DNA of 64,000 bases from the NCBI RefSeq assembly GCF_963921235.1, contig NC_086097.1, forward strand, positions 9,176,001-9,240,000. Reading direction: 5' to 3'. Position numbers and translations under genes: made by a program. The notes beneath the pieces were generated by a model that saw nothing but the letters and a program-made list of their open reading frames with translations, was not told where the DNA came from and made no database searches. Of this stretch, positions 49,180 to 61,566 are shown one piece after another; position 1 is the first letter of the stretch, and each line of letters begins with the position of its first letter. The DNA comes from Mobula hypostoma. Its lineage: Eukaryota.

Positions 49180-49782
49180 CAGAAACAGAATCAGCTTTAA
49201 TATCACTGACATGTGTTGTGAAATTTGTTGTCTTTGCAGCAGCAGTACAATGCAATACATAATAAAAGAAATAAAGAGTGTGAATTAAAGTAAGTATATA
49301 TTAAGTAGTTAAATCAGTAGTGCAAAAATAGAAATAAAAAAAGTGGTGAGGTAGTGTTCATGAGTTCAATGTCCATTCAGAAATTGGATGGCAGAGACAA
49401 AGAGGCTGTTCCTGAATCACTGAGTATGTGCCTTCAGGCTTTTGAACCTCCTTCCTGATGGTAGCAATGAGAGGAGGATATGTCTTAGGTGATGGGGGTC
49501 ATTAATGATGCATGTTACCTTTTAGAGACATCGCTCCTTGAAGATGTCCTGGATACTAGAGAGGCTAGTACCAGCGATGGAGCTAATTAAGTTTACAACT
49601 CTTTGCTACTTATTTCGATCCTGTGCAAAAGCACCCCACCCCGTACTAGACAGTGATGTAGCCAGTTAGGATGCTCTCCATGGTATATCTGTAGAAATTT
49701 GTTAGTGTTTTTCATGACAAACCAAATCTTTTCAAACTCCTAATGAAATATAACTGCATATCGCCTTCTTTGTAGCTGCAAG
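49180..49782 (-). mobile_element. Rex/Babar 3' end
   Basis: Similar to 7830-8170; (ATCAGA)n at the terminus. Confidence 0.7.
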
Positions 49783-49819
49783 CAGATCAATCTGAAAAAG
49801 GATCTAATACTTTCCTGGA

Positions 49820-50608
49820 CAATATGACGAATAAACTCTTCTCGGGCTTCCTGCCTGGTACAGGAATTAATTTTTACTGACGTTTCAATGACAAACTTGC
49901 CGAATTCATCAAGGATGATGCCTGGGCATGTCTAGTCCTGTGTTATTTATATCCCCATTTTCTATCCCTCCTGATTGTTTAGTCCTCATCCAATCAGGAT
50001 TTTTGTTGTCCCACCTTGTTTGCAATTGAATTCCAATTCTTACTCAGACTGAGACCTTCATCTTTGTTAAAATTCTTTTCGAGGCTACCTTCACCAGGCG
50101 GTCCAAAAGGTTACTGGCATAGTAGAGTAGCTTTTCGCCGACATAAGTCAATCCTATGGCCATTGTGAGTGCAATGTTCTGCTTCTGCCGATTTCTCTGG
50201 GTAACCCAAACGGATACACCTCCTGTGCTCATTGATGCGGGTTTCCGTTGTGCGTCCCATTTGGCCGAAGTATGCTGCTCTGCACGCGCAGGGATCCTGT
50301 AAACGCCAGCCGTCCTGAGTCCCAGTTCATCTTTGACCTGCATAAGCTGTGATTTGAGCTTCCTTATGGGTTTGTGGATGGTATTAATTCAGTATTTCTT
50401 CAGGATCCTGGTGATCCTTCCAGAAAGTGTGGAAATATGGGGAAACAGGTGGAAGCGACAGCTTCCTCCTAGGATTGGGAAGTTCAAATCACAGCTTATG
50501 CAGGTCGAAGATGACCTGGGACTCAGGACGGCTAGTGTTTACAGGATTCCCTGTGAATACAGAGCAGCACATATTAGCACAGTGGAAACCCACATCAAGG
50601 AGCAGGGA
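49820..50608 (-). mobile_element. Second Penelope family (Poseidon-like) GIY-YIG 3' fragment with partial inverted duplication
   Basis: VKDELGLRTAGVYRIP then (frameshift) AAY.GQMG...TRINEH on the minus strand; an inverted copy VEDDLGLRTASVYRIPCE on the plus strand at ~50478-50605. Confidence 0.8.
49874..49918 (-). ncRNA. Degenerate minimal hammerhead of the second Penelope family
   Basis: Minus strand atcc-TTGATGA-attcggcaagtttgtcatt-GAAAC-GTC-agt; C3 to T, helices eroded. Confidence 0.55.
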
Positions 50609-51084
50609 TGATCAGGGTTGTGTGGTTACTGGGGCAGCATGGCTTGAAGGGCAGAATGGCCCTAGTCCATGCTGTGTTACTAAATAAGTGATAAAAATAT
50701 AAACACTAAATAAATTTCAAGCATCTTCAGAATCACTTGTGCTTATTTTAATTTCTTCAAGTGGTTTTTCAGAAATATTTAAAAACGAAAAAAAGGATAA
50801 ATAAAGGATTTTAATTATTCAAAACACTGGCAAAAGATTTTGTGGCATTAGGTATTTATTGGTCATCTCTGAATAACTCAAAGCTACATTTTACGCAAAT
50901 TGATTTCCATATCCAAGCCTTTGTCAGGTTTAGCTTCAACTTACATCATGTTGAAAACTGTCCCAGTCGATCAACAACACCATATGTTCTGCAGCAGCGT
51001 CTGTGATTAGTTACGAGTCATCCACGCTCCGAAACAGACTTCCCCGCTGAAGAGCTCATCCAAGTACATAGTCACTTCTCTCTG

Positions 51085-51548
51085 GCAACCAAGTCCAACT
51101 CCTGGCCTTCATGTGTGGCTTAGTTACTAAGCCCTGCAGAACGGTTTCTACTGACAGGAAAAGGGGTAAAGCAGGTTGCTGGTGCCTAAAAAACAATTGC
51201 TTTGGGCAGATGAGACGTCAGCCATGGTTGACAGCTCATCTAGGAGAAGAAAAAGTCTCATCTCAAACCCTCCGCATCCCTCACGGGGATGGTTTCGAGA
51301 ATAAACTCCGGGAGATTATCCAGAGCTGGAGTCCTTAAGGCAGTCCTACATTGAGTTCAACACCAACTGGCAACTCCTGTGAAGCTGCTGGTGCCAAACT
51401 ATATCGTTCTCTACCATTCCATTGGGTTCATCAGATTCGTGGAGAGGGAGATCCTGCTATATGGGCTCTCCATATTGCACTGCCCTGACTTGCATATCTA
51501 GACACCTAGGACACAACATCCATGTTGACCGTAACCAACAGAGGCCTC
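51085..51548 (+). mobile_element. RTE-related non-autonomous element
   Basis: caaccaagtccaactcctggccttc...ctggtgccaaact shared with 6043-6400. Confidence 0.7.
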
Positions 51549-52304
51549 GAATGTTGATACAAGATAGTTAGGCTATTAAGATATCTTTGTGGCAGACATG
51601 GGAAATAGAACAGTACACCAGAAGTACAGGCCCTTTGGCCCACATTATTGTGTAGAACTAATTATTTTAATGGCAGCTAATCCCTTCTGCCTGCATATTG
51701 TCTATACCTCTCCATTCTCTGTATATTTAAGTGCCTAAGAGCCTCTTAAATACCTCTTTTGCATCTGCCTCCACTCCCACCTTTGGAACCACATTCCATG
51801 CATGCACTAATCTTTTTGTTTATAAAACATCCTGCCCTGCACATGTCCATTTAACTTCCCCTCTTTCACCTTAAAGATACTGTATTGCGCAAAAGTCTTA
51901 GTCAAACATGCATGTGTCTCAGATTTTTGCACAGAGCCTTCATTGGTGTTTGGTTTGCATTGTTATTCGATTTTGGTAATTCATTTGCAAAAATTTTGTC
52001 ACCACACAGAAGATGGCTCCTCGTATGGTGACAAAAAGTTTTCAAGAAAAATTGCCCCAAGATCAGAGAACAACTCAATCCAACCATAAACCAGCTGTGC
52101 TACACATTTTCTGAGTCATTTCCTTCAATTCATAAGCAGTGCAATGGGCAGCAAGTAAGTAAGTATGTAATTAAGACCAATTAAATTTAGATCTTTTGGA
52201 GAAACCACAATGTGCAACATATCTATAATAGTATACTCCTTATTTTCCTTCTATTAATAACTTCACAACTAGTCTTCTATGACAGATATATGTCTGTCTT
52301 CTAT

Positions 52305-52640
52305 GAGGACAGATTCCCATGGTAGGGGATTCTAGGACAAGGGGGCACGACTTCAGGATTGAAGGACGTCCTCTTAAAATTAAGATGCAGAGAAATTACT
52401 TTAGTCAGAGGGTGGCAAATCTGTGGCATTTGTTGCCACAAGCGGCTGTGGAGGCCAAGTCATTGGGTGTATTTAAGGCAGAGATGGATGGGTTCTTGAT
52501 TAGCCAGGGCATCAAAGGGTATGGAGAGAAGGTAGTGGAGTGGGGATGACTGGAAGAATTGGATCAGCCCATGACTGAATGGCAGAGCAGACTCGATGGG
52601 CCGAATGGCCTACTTCTGCTCCTATATCTTATGGTCTTAT
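52305..52640 (+). mobile_element. CR1 3' end
   Basis: VGDSRTRGHDFRIEGRPL...NYFSQRVANLWHLLP; same subfamily as 5574-5890. Confidence 0.85.
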
Positions 52641-52655
52641 ATTTGAGTGATGGTG

Positions 52656-52963
52656 TTTTATTTATTTAGAGGTACAGGGCGAAACAGCCCACTACCACCC
52701 CACCCCCCAGCCCAGCAAGCCGCACTACACAGTGACCCACCTATTTAACCCTGGCCTAATCACAAAACATTTACAATGGCCAATTAACCTACTAGTCATT
52801 ACAACTTTGGAATGTGGGAGGAAACCAGAGTATCTGGAGGAAACCCACACTTTCACAGGGAGAATGTGTAAACTCCTACAGATGGCATTGAAATTTAAAC
52901 GAGAAACTCTGACACCGTGAGCTGTAATAGTGCCGTGCTAACTGCTACACACCCTGTGGCACG
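52656..52963 (-). mobile_element. HE1/V-type SINE
   Basis: tttggaatgtgggaggaaaccagag...ggaggaaacccac (reverse V-like block). Confidence 0.7.
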
Positions 52964-53129
52964 CTTATTGGACCACTGATGTGAGACTGATATCACTGGA
53001 GAAAATAGCTGCTTGAATATATGTAAAACATTCAGCATTGTAATATACTCCAAAAAATTTCACAGAACCATAATTGATATGGAGACTAAATGAAATAGAG
53101 GATCCGTGATGATCAAAGTTTATTCATTA

Positions 53130-53530
53130 ATTTTATTTTATTTGGAGATACAGGGTGGACCAGGCCCTTCCAGCCCAGCAAGCCACAGCACCCAGCAACC
53201 CACCTATTGATTGATTCTTGATTAGTCTGGGCATGAAGGGATACGGGGAGAAGGCAGGAGACTGAGCCTGAGAGATGGATCAATCTTGATGAAAAGGCAG
53301 AGCAGACTCGATGGGCTAAATGGCCTAAATCTGCTCCTATATCTTATGGTCTTCACCCTAGCCTAATCACAGGATAATCTACAATGACCAGTTAACCTCT
53401 TAACTGGTACATCTTTGGACTGTGGGAGGAAATGTGGTCATTGGGAGAACATACAGACGGTGTCGGAAATACAGACTCCAATGCCCCCATATGTAATCGC
53501 ATCATGGTAACGGCTATGTTTCCATGGTAC
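53130..53530 (-). mobile_element. HE1/V-type SINE split by a CR1 3' end (~53210-53353, plus)
   Basis: V-like block catctttggactgtgggaggaa; the insert ends ctgctcctatatcttatggtctt. Confidence 0.65.
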
Positions 53531-53902
53531 GATGAAAGTCAGAATCCTCCCTGCCTTGCATATCACCCAGAGAGCTAGGACACAATATGCAAGGTTGAGC
53601 CTGACCAATGGAAGTCCTCAGTCAGATCTTTCAGCAAGAATTCATGACTCAAGGTGGGCCAATAAAATGTCTGGAATTCCTGTCCTAAAGTATTGTGGGA
53701 ATTCGATCAGCAGTAAACTTTTTAAGTACACTATAAACTGGAAAGAAAATTCTAAAATAACTGTTTACCTAAAAACAACATTTTTCTTCTGAATCCCCGT
53801 CATTTGAAAATGTCTCTAAAGTAATTAGCCGTTGAATGTGACTCCAATATGCCTGGCTCTATCCACAACAGACACCTAAAAATGTGAACGTCTTCTTCAT
53901 CA

Positions 53903-54172
53903 CAGTGACATAGTGGTTAGTGCAACGGTTTACAGTTCATTTCCCATGCCAGAAGTTGTATGTTCTCCCCGTGACCACGTGGGCTTCCTCCGGGTGCCCC
54001 AGTTTCAAATTCACACTCACATTCACATCCACATTCCAAACAACGTACCGGTTGGTAGGTTAATTGTACATTGTCATGTGATAGGCTGGGATTAAAATTG
54101 GGAGATTGCTGGACTGTATGGCTCAATGGGCCAGGATGGACTACTCTGTATTGCATCATAATAAAAAAAATT
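53903..54172 (+). mobile_element. HE1/V-type SINE
   Basis: gttctccccgtgaccacgtgggcttcctccgggtgccccagtttc. Confidence 0.75.
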
Positions 54173-54809
54173 AAAATACTCAGTAACAAGGTTTAAACTG
54201 CTGATAAGCTCAAGCATTTCTCCATCTAAGCTTATGGTTGGACATTAAATATTCCTCTTTTGGGCAAACAGGATGGAAATGATGCAGGTGAAAACAGAAG
54301 GCTGTGCCAATCATTTGAATTTTATAAGTGAAAGCGTGTGGGTTTTGGATTACAGGTGCCCTTAGGCGGATGGAGTGGGGAATCTTGCAAGCCATGCTTT
54401 CAAGGTTTCAATCATAGATCTACCTCCTTCCATGGTCTGCTCCAGAGTCTTCGAAGTTCAAGGTAAATTTATTACCGAAGTACGTGTGAGTACGAGGCCC
54501 TCCGTTGGTCAGTGCCAGTCATGGATGTTGTATCCCAGCTGTCTACGTGGTACACAGGCCAGAGCAGTATGATCTGGAGAGCAAGCTGTTGCCCACACAG
54601 CAGGCTTCCCCTCCACACTCAGCTGATAAATCGAAAGGAACGGCAGAGAGCATCCACGCTGATTCAGGAGCCTGATGGCTGAGGGATAACTGATGATAAA
54701 GCTGGCTAACTCCTGATAGGAAACCGGTCAAATTTAAACAATATTCAAGAGTGTCGGAGGGAAACTACAACAATAGTTCACTCACACATAACTCTCTGGA
54801 TTTAGAATA

Positions 54810-55566
54810 TACAGCATAGAAAACCTACAGCACAATACAGGCCTTCAGCCCACAAAGCGGTGCTGAACATGTCCTTACTTTAGAAATTACCCAGGGTTAA
54901 TCATTGCCCTCTAGTTTTCCAAGCTCCATGTACTTGTCCAGAAGTCTCTTAAAAGACCATATCATATTTGCCTCCACCAGCGTTGCTGGCAGCACATTCC
55001 ACGCACTCACCACTCTCTGCATAAAAGAAAACTTACCCCTGACATCTCTTCTGTACCTACTTCCAAGCACATAAAAACTGTGCCCTCTCGTGTTAGCCAT
55101 TTCAGCCCCGGAAAAAGCCTTTGACTATCCACATGATCAATGCCTCTCATCACCTTATACACCTCTATCAGGTCATCTCTCATCCTCCATCACTCCAAGG
55201 AGAAAAGGCCGAGTTCACTCAACCTATTCTCATAAGGCATGCTGCCCAATCCCGGCAACATCCTTGTAAATCTCCTCTGCACCCTTTCTATGGTTTCCAC
55301 ATCCTTCCTGTAGTGAGGCGACCAGAACTGAGCACAGTACTCCAAGTGGGGTCTGACCAGGGTCCTGTATAACTGTAACATTACCTCTCGGCTCTTAAAT
55401 TCAGTCCCACGATTGACGAAGGCCAATGTACTGCATGCCTTCTTAACCACAGAGTCAACCTGCGCAGCTGCTTTGAGCGTCCTCTGGACACAGACCCCAA
55501 GATCCCTCTGATCCTCCACATTGCCAAGAGTTTTATCATTAATACTATATAAATCATATTTGACCT
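54810..55566 (-). mobile_element. CR1 ORF2 3' end
   Basis: LYRTLVRPHLEYCAQFWSPHYRKD...LGLFSLE; NTRGHS. Confidence 0.88.
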
Positions 55567-55712
55567 CCCCTCCTCAAATCCCTCATGTAAACTGTGTCAG
55601 AAAATTTCCATGCATTTCATTCTAGGAATGACTCCATGCACTGGTTTCCACTGCACAGTTTTACAATTTGCAGAACCTCTGCAATGATTTGTTGGGCAAT
55701 ATGATCAGTCAC

Positions 55713-56752
55713 AGAATCATAGAAAACTACAGCATAGAAACAGGCTCTTCAGCCCATCTAGTCCATGACGAGCCGTTCATACTACCTTGTCCCATCGACC
55801 TACATCTGGACTATAGTCCGCCAGAACCCCTCCATCCATGTACCTATCCAAACTCCTCTTGAGCATTGAAATTGAAATCATACCCACCACTTGCTCTGCA
55901 TTCCGCACTCTGAGTGAAGAAATTTCTCCTCTTTACAATATATCTTTATCACAAATACAATACATTCTACAAAACAACAAATATACTGTGTATACAGGAC
56001 AGAGCATAACACAGTTATAAGACAAACCAAATTAAACTAAAACCTGTCATCTCTATCAAGGGTGGTGCTAGTACCCCACGGAGCCCAGCAGTCCCAGAAC
56101 ACTTCTATGGTACATGGGGACAGCATGTGTTCCCTCTCAATGGTCACCTGGGCATGGACATACCTCCTAAACATTGGCAAGCAGTCTGCCCAGGCAATAT
56201 CCTCTACCACCTGCTTCCAGGACTCACGGATAGCTGTTTTCGCCAGGTCTAGGACATCCTCATCCCTCCTTGCACTCCTCCTTAATGAAGGACCATATAG
56301 AAATAAGGTGGAACTAAATGTAACCAGAAGGTGAGGAGCAGCTCTCGCGGATGTGCAGAAGGGGGCTCCAGCATGCACACTAAATGTACATGTGGTTCTA
56401 GATCTGCTCCAGCCCGTAGCAGGGAAATTTCCACTCATGTTCCCTTTAAACATTTCACCTTTCACTCTTAGCCCATGGCCTCTAGTTGTAGTCTCACCCA
56501 ACCTCAGTGGAAAAAGCCTGCTTGCGTTTACCCAATCTATATTCCTCGTCATTTTATATATCTCAAAAAAAAAATCTTTCAATCTTCTATGTTCTAAGGA
56601 ATAAAAATCTAACCTATTCAATGTTTCCTTATAACTCAGGTCTTCCAATCCTGGCAACATCCTTGTAAATTTTATCTGTACTCTTTCAAACTTATTGACA
56701 TCTTTCCTGTAGGTAGCGGACCAAAACTGCACACAATACTCCAAATTAGGTC
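55713..56752 (-). mobile_element. CR1 3' end split by a Tx1 fragment
   Basis: EYCVQFWS.TYRKDVNKFERVQ...TTTRGHGLRVKG (56425-56752) continues at 55713-55928. Confidence 0.82.
55929..56422 (-). mobile_element. Tx1-clade LINE 3' fragment
   Basis: LAKTAIRESW...DCLPMFRRYVHAQV..E.E...FWDCWAP resembles a Tx1 ORF2 C-terminus; gaaatttc occurs at both junctions. Confidence 0.65.
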
Positions 56753-56904
56753 TATTGTTATTAAAGATTTCTACAAATTACATGCACATATTGCTTATGT
56801 CATGTCCATTACTGGAGTATTCTGCAAAATATCATTTGGAGAATAATGAAATGGAAATTTATAGCCCTCCCCAGTTGCCCAGAAGAAGGAAGTTGTAAAA
56901 TTAC

Positions 56905-57157
56905 TTATTTAGAAATACAACACAGTAAACAGGCCCTTCAGGCCCCCAAGCCTACACTGCCCAATTACATCTATGTCTCTAATTAACTTGCTAACCCATA
57001 TGTTTTTGGACTGTGGGAGGAAACCGGAGCAGCCAGAGGAAACCCACATGGTAAAGGTGTGAATGCACAGACTCCTTACAGTCAATGGCAGGAAATGAAC
57101 TCAAGTGATCAGTTCTGTGATAACACTATGCTAACCGCTATGCTCTTATGCCACCAC
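56905..57157 (-). mobile_element. HE1/V-type SINE
   Basis: tttggactgtgggaggaaaccggagca.ccagaggaaacccac. Confidence 0.75.
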
Positions 57158-57179
57158 AGATGCTGCCGGCTCCTTGAAC

Positions 57180-57615
57180 TTGGAGAGGATCAAGAAGAAG
57201 CTCACAAGGATAATTCCAGGAATAAGAGAGTTAACATATGAGGAGTGTTTGATAGCTCTCCATCTGTACTCACTAGAGTTTAGAAGATTGGGCGTGATCT
57301 CACTGAAACCTATTGAATACAGAAAGGCCTAGATAGTGCGGATGTGGAGAGGATGTTTCCTGTAGTAGGGGAGTCTAGGATCTGAGGGCGCAGAAAAGAG
57401 AGATGTCCATTTAGTATAGAGACGGGGAGAGACTTCTTTAGCCAGTGTGTGGTGAATCTGTGGAGACCAAATGATTGAGTATATTTGAAGAAGATGTTAA
57501 TATGTTCTTGAGTGTCAAAGGTTATGGGGAGAAGGCAAGAGTTTGGGGCTTAGAGGGAAATGGATCCACCAGACACGACGGATCAATTAGCCTAATTCTG
57601 CTCCTATATCTTACA
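57180..57615 (+). mobile_element. Degenerate CR1 3' end
   Basis: Similar to 4560-4850; ends cctaattctgctcctatatctt. Confidence 0.7.
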
Positions 57616-57667
57616 GTTTAAAACTTCACTGTTCACTACCAGACATCTGCTGTATTGTCTGAAGTTT

Positions 57668-58040
57668 ATCATCATCATTTTGTGCTGTGTCGTATGACAT
57701 GGGTGATCATGGTCTTATAACCATGATTGTTCTTGGATTTTTTTTCTACAGAATTCAATTTGCCATTGCCTTCTTCTGGGCAGTGTCTTTACAGGACAGG
57801 TGATCCCAGCCATTATCAATACTCTTCAGAGTTTGTCTGCCTGGAATTAGCAGTCACATAACCAGGACTTGTGATATGCACTAATTACTCATCCACCACT
57901 TGCTCTTATGTCTTCACATGACTTTGATCAGGAGGCTAAGCAGGTGCTACACCTTTCCCAAGGGTGACCTGCAGGCTGGCGGAGGGAATGAGCACCTAAC
58001 ACCTCCTTTGGTAGAGATGCATGTCCATCCCGCCACCCAT
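57668..58040 (-). mobile_element. RTE/BovB-related short element (second copy)
   Basis: Collinear with 17042-17425. Confidence 0.65.
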
Positions 58041-58465
58041 AACAATAGATGTCCATTATTCTGAGGAGGTTCTATTTTATCAGATCACGGTTGGATCATA
58101 TCCCTCTGTCACTATAAATCAACACAAAAGCCACAGGCTTGTTGTGGATGTAGAAATTGTCTTAAAAGTGCATTCACACCCTGCAAGTTTAGTGTTAGTG
58201 TGAAATTGAAAGCTGCTTCATTAATTGAGGAGTGTTAATTGGGTGCAATATCTTGAATCACTGAGTACCTGAACTGAAGAAATCTCTCATCTCCCTTTGA
58301 GCCCTCACAGCAGACTCATGCTGCCTTGGTATCTTCTCTCATTCACACTCAAACATACTGGAGAATAGCCAAAATTTTAAACAAAACAAAGATTCTCCAT
58401 TTGTAAGAGAGCTTATATTTTTGTAAAACATTTCATCCAGCAGATTTCTCCTCAGATTCAGACCA

Positions 58466-58735
58466 TCAGAGAGAGAGGGAGAGGGAGGAGAAGATGGTGG
58501 CGCGATGCTGCGCGCGCGGCTGTTCCGAATGAATATCGTATGTGTAACTAGGACGACGTGCACAATCTGGATTTGATGGAGACAGCCGGTGTAACTTCTG
58601 AAATGCCTGCTTCACTGCTGCTGCTACTGTGCGATCGAGAATCTCCGAAGACGAAGGCCCCAATTCCTCGGCTTTGCCTTTTGTCTGTTGCCGGGGCCGG
58701 GGTCGAAGCGCTCAGCAGAGATGGTGCCCGGTGCC
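58466..58735 (+). mobile_element. CpG-rich segment, probable 5'UTR of a non-LTR retrotransposon
   Basis: GA-rich start, YY1-like aagatggtgg, locally high CpG against a CpG-poor background; no linked ORF. Confidence 0.4.
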
Positions 58736-60104
58736 AAACCCCTCAATTGCCTATCCAAATCCATTTTGAGATTATTCTCTCAACTGCCTATTTAGATCCA
58801 TTCTGAAAGCATTGGTTAATTCTCTTCCCACAACATTTACAGGCAGTGAATTTTAAATCATAACCACTTTGAGTTTAACAAAAAGCTTCTAGTTTCTTCC
58901 CCCTTGTATATTTTACCCAAAACATCAAGTTCTCTTGACTTTGAACTTGTCCACCGATGAGTAAAGCTTCCTTCTATTTATCCTTTCTAAACCAGTGGTT
59001 CATTTCCATTAGTCAAAAGCACGGTTTCAATTTGATGATAGAAATGTAGAATTTATTAAAACTTTCATGCCAGAGCAATACACACATAATGCTAAAGGCA
59101 TTCCAGGCAGCATCTATGGAAATTAATAAACAGTTGATGTCTCAGGCCGAGATCTTTGATCGAGACTGGAAAGGAAGGAAAAAGAAGAACCCAGTGTAAT
59201 GAATACAGATTAGGATTCCAATTTGTCAAAATGTGTATCACTTTATAAAAGATCTATTAATTCAGAAATATTGTTCAAATTTAAAATGGTGGATTTCCAC
59301 AAAAATACTCTCTTCTCATGATGGTGGATTTCTCACTTTCAAGGACTCTTCATCTCATGTTCTCGATATCTATTGCTTATTTATTTATTATTATTTTTTC
59401 TTTTTGTATTTGCACAGTTTGTTGTCTTTTGCACAGTGGTTGATGCCCTCTCTGTTGGGTGAGGTCTTCCATTAATTCGATTGTGTTTCTTGTATTTACT
59501 GTGAATGCCCATGAGAAAATGAATTTCAGGGTTGTACGTGGTGACATATATGTACCTGAATAAGAAACTTACTTTGAATTTTGAACTTCAACTTTGAAGG
59601 GATTTATTAGCAAGGCATTATATTGATTGGACAGTCAGTAAATTTATTCCAACAATTAATCCCTGCTGGCTCCATCATCCACTCAGTATGGTAATATCAA
59701 AGGCACGAAACCAGACAACGAATGTGAATTGGAATGGAAAGCATTGAAAAGCACAATCAGTTTGATTATGATTGGTGCCCACTGTAAAGCAGCTCACAGT
59801 TTGACAGAATTTACTAGTTACCTTTAAATGGATATGAAGAAGATGCACTGTACTTTAATGCAATCATTTCGTTTTTCTTTATAAATAAAGAAATATTCTA
59901 TAGCAGCTGGAGATCAACATTCAGGCTCTCCAGAAATCAATTTGTTTTATCATCTTGCAGTTTTGCTTTGATGAAATGGATTGAGACAATCACATGAAAG
60001 CCTTTTTAATCTTAAACAACCATTTCCCTATTAAAGTAAACACAAAAATCTTAAATGAATCAAAGATCGCCTATGTTAGTCCTTCAGCAAATGTGTATGT
60101 CAAC

Positions 60105-60312
60105 GCATTGGCTCAGCTGCTGGTATTCTTGTTTTTGAGTCAGGAGTTTGTGATCAGATGTTAAGCCAAGACACCAAGTCAGTGCTTCCATGTTGTACAG
60201 AGATGGTGCAGCATTGTTGAATAACCGTCTTCTCTTGAAATATTAAATGGAGATCTCTTCAACTCTGTTTGGTTGCATTCAAAGAACCCATGACACTAAT
60301 TGAAATAGCAGA
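60105..60312 (+). mobile_element. Ancient Deu-type SINE remnant
   Basis: tRNA-like head (ggctcag...gagtcaggag) and aaagaacccatgacactaattgaa resembling the Deu-domain aaagatcccatggcactattt; highly diverged. Confidence 0.4.
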
Positions 60313-60640
60313 ATCAGGATCTGGGATATGGCAACAAATTTGTTGTTTTGCGACAGCAGTGCACAGCAATGCATAATAATAAAAATTATGTAAATTATAA
60401 TAAGAAATATATATCAAAGTTCAAAGTACATTTATTATCGAAGAATGTAAAATGTTCCACAACTTGTGATTTGTCTGCTTACAGTTGTCATGAAACAAAG
60501 AAATGTAAAAGAACCTATTTAAAAAAAAGATATTCAAACACCCAAACAACAGGAATTCTGCAGATGCTGGAAATTCAAGTAACACACATCAAAGTTGCTG
60601 GTGAACGCAGCAGGCCAGGCAGCATCTCTAGGAAGAGGTA

Positions 60641-60678
60641 CAGTCGATGTTTCAGGCCAAGACCCTTCGTCAGGACTA
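60641..60678 (-). ncRNA. Minimal hammerhead ribozyme (AUC variant)
   Basis: Minus strand tagtc-CTGACGA-agggtcttggcct-GAAAC-ATC^gactg; the G to A change breaks the ACGT palindrome. Confidence 0.7.
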
Positions 60679-61528
60679 ACTGAAGGAAGAGTGAGTAACA
60701 GATTTGAAAGTTGGAGGGGGAGGGGGAGATCCAAAATGTTAGGAGAAGACAGGAGGGGGAGGGATGGAGCCAAGAGCTGTACAGGTGATTGGCAAAAGGG
60801 ATACGAGAGAATCATGGGATAGGAGGTCCGGGAAGAAAGACAAAGGTGGGGGGGAACCCAGAGGATGGGCAAGGGATATATTCAGAGGGACAGAGGGAGA
60901 AAAAGGAGAGTGAGAGAAAGAATGAGTCGGCTGGGGTGATGTACTGCGTCCGGTCCTCCCGATGTGGCCTTTTATATATTGGCGAGACCCGACGCAGACT
61001 GGGAGACCGCTTTGCTGAACACCTACGCTCTGTCTGCCAGAGAAAGCAGGATCTCCCAGTGGCCACTCATTTTAATTCCACATCCCATTCCCATTCTGAC
61101 ATGTCTATCCACGGCCTCCTCTACTGTAAAGATGAAGCCACACTCAGGTTGGAGGAACAATACCTTATATTCCGTCTGGGTAGCCTCCAACCTGATGGCA
61201 TGAACATCGACTTCTCTAACTTCCACTAATGCCCCACCTCCCCCTCGTAGCCCATCTGTTACTTATTTTTATACACACATTCTTTCTCTCACTCTCATTT
61301 TTCTCCCTCTGTCCCTCTGAATATACCTCTTGCCCATCCTCTGGGTCCCCCCCCCCACTTCCTTGTCTTTCTTCCTGGACCTCCTGTCCCATGATCCTCT
61401 CGTATCCCCTTTTGCCTATCACCTGTCCAGCTCTTGGCTCCATCCCTCCCCCTCCTGTCTTCTCCTATCATTTTGGATCTCCCCCTTCCCCTCCAACTTT
61501 CAAATCCCTTACTCACTCTTCCTTCAGT

Positions 61529-61566
61529 TAGTCCTGACGAAGGGTCTCGGCCTGAAACGTCGACTG
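61529..61566 (+). ncRNA. Minimal type-I hammerhead ribozyme
   Basis: tagtc-CTGACGA-agggtctcggcct-GAAAC-GTC^gactg. Confidence 0.85.

Noticed and set aside
50946..51001. Possible minus-strand 56-nt exon ending at a GTAAGT donor
   Set aside because: Poor polypyrimidine tract and an unrecognisable peptide.
51030..51058. GAAAC...CTGAAGA arrangement resembling a type-II hammerhead
   Set aside because: Only ~11 nt between the boxes; helices I and III cannot form.
54689..54730. CTGATGA...GAAACCGGTC hammerhead-like string
   Set aside because: No helix II or helix I pairing; it adjoins a Rex tail fragment.
56037..56744. 235-aa ORF suggesting a novel fusion protein
   Set aside because: Chance in-frame join of a CR1 3' end and an inserted Tx1 fragment.
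58466..58735. Host CpG-island promoter or first exon
   Set aside because: Too short (~270 bp) with abrupt edges; better explained as a retroelement 5' fragment, though not proven.
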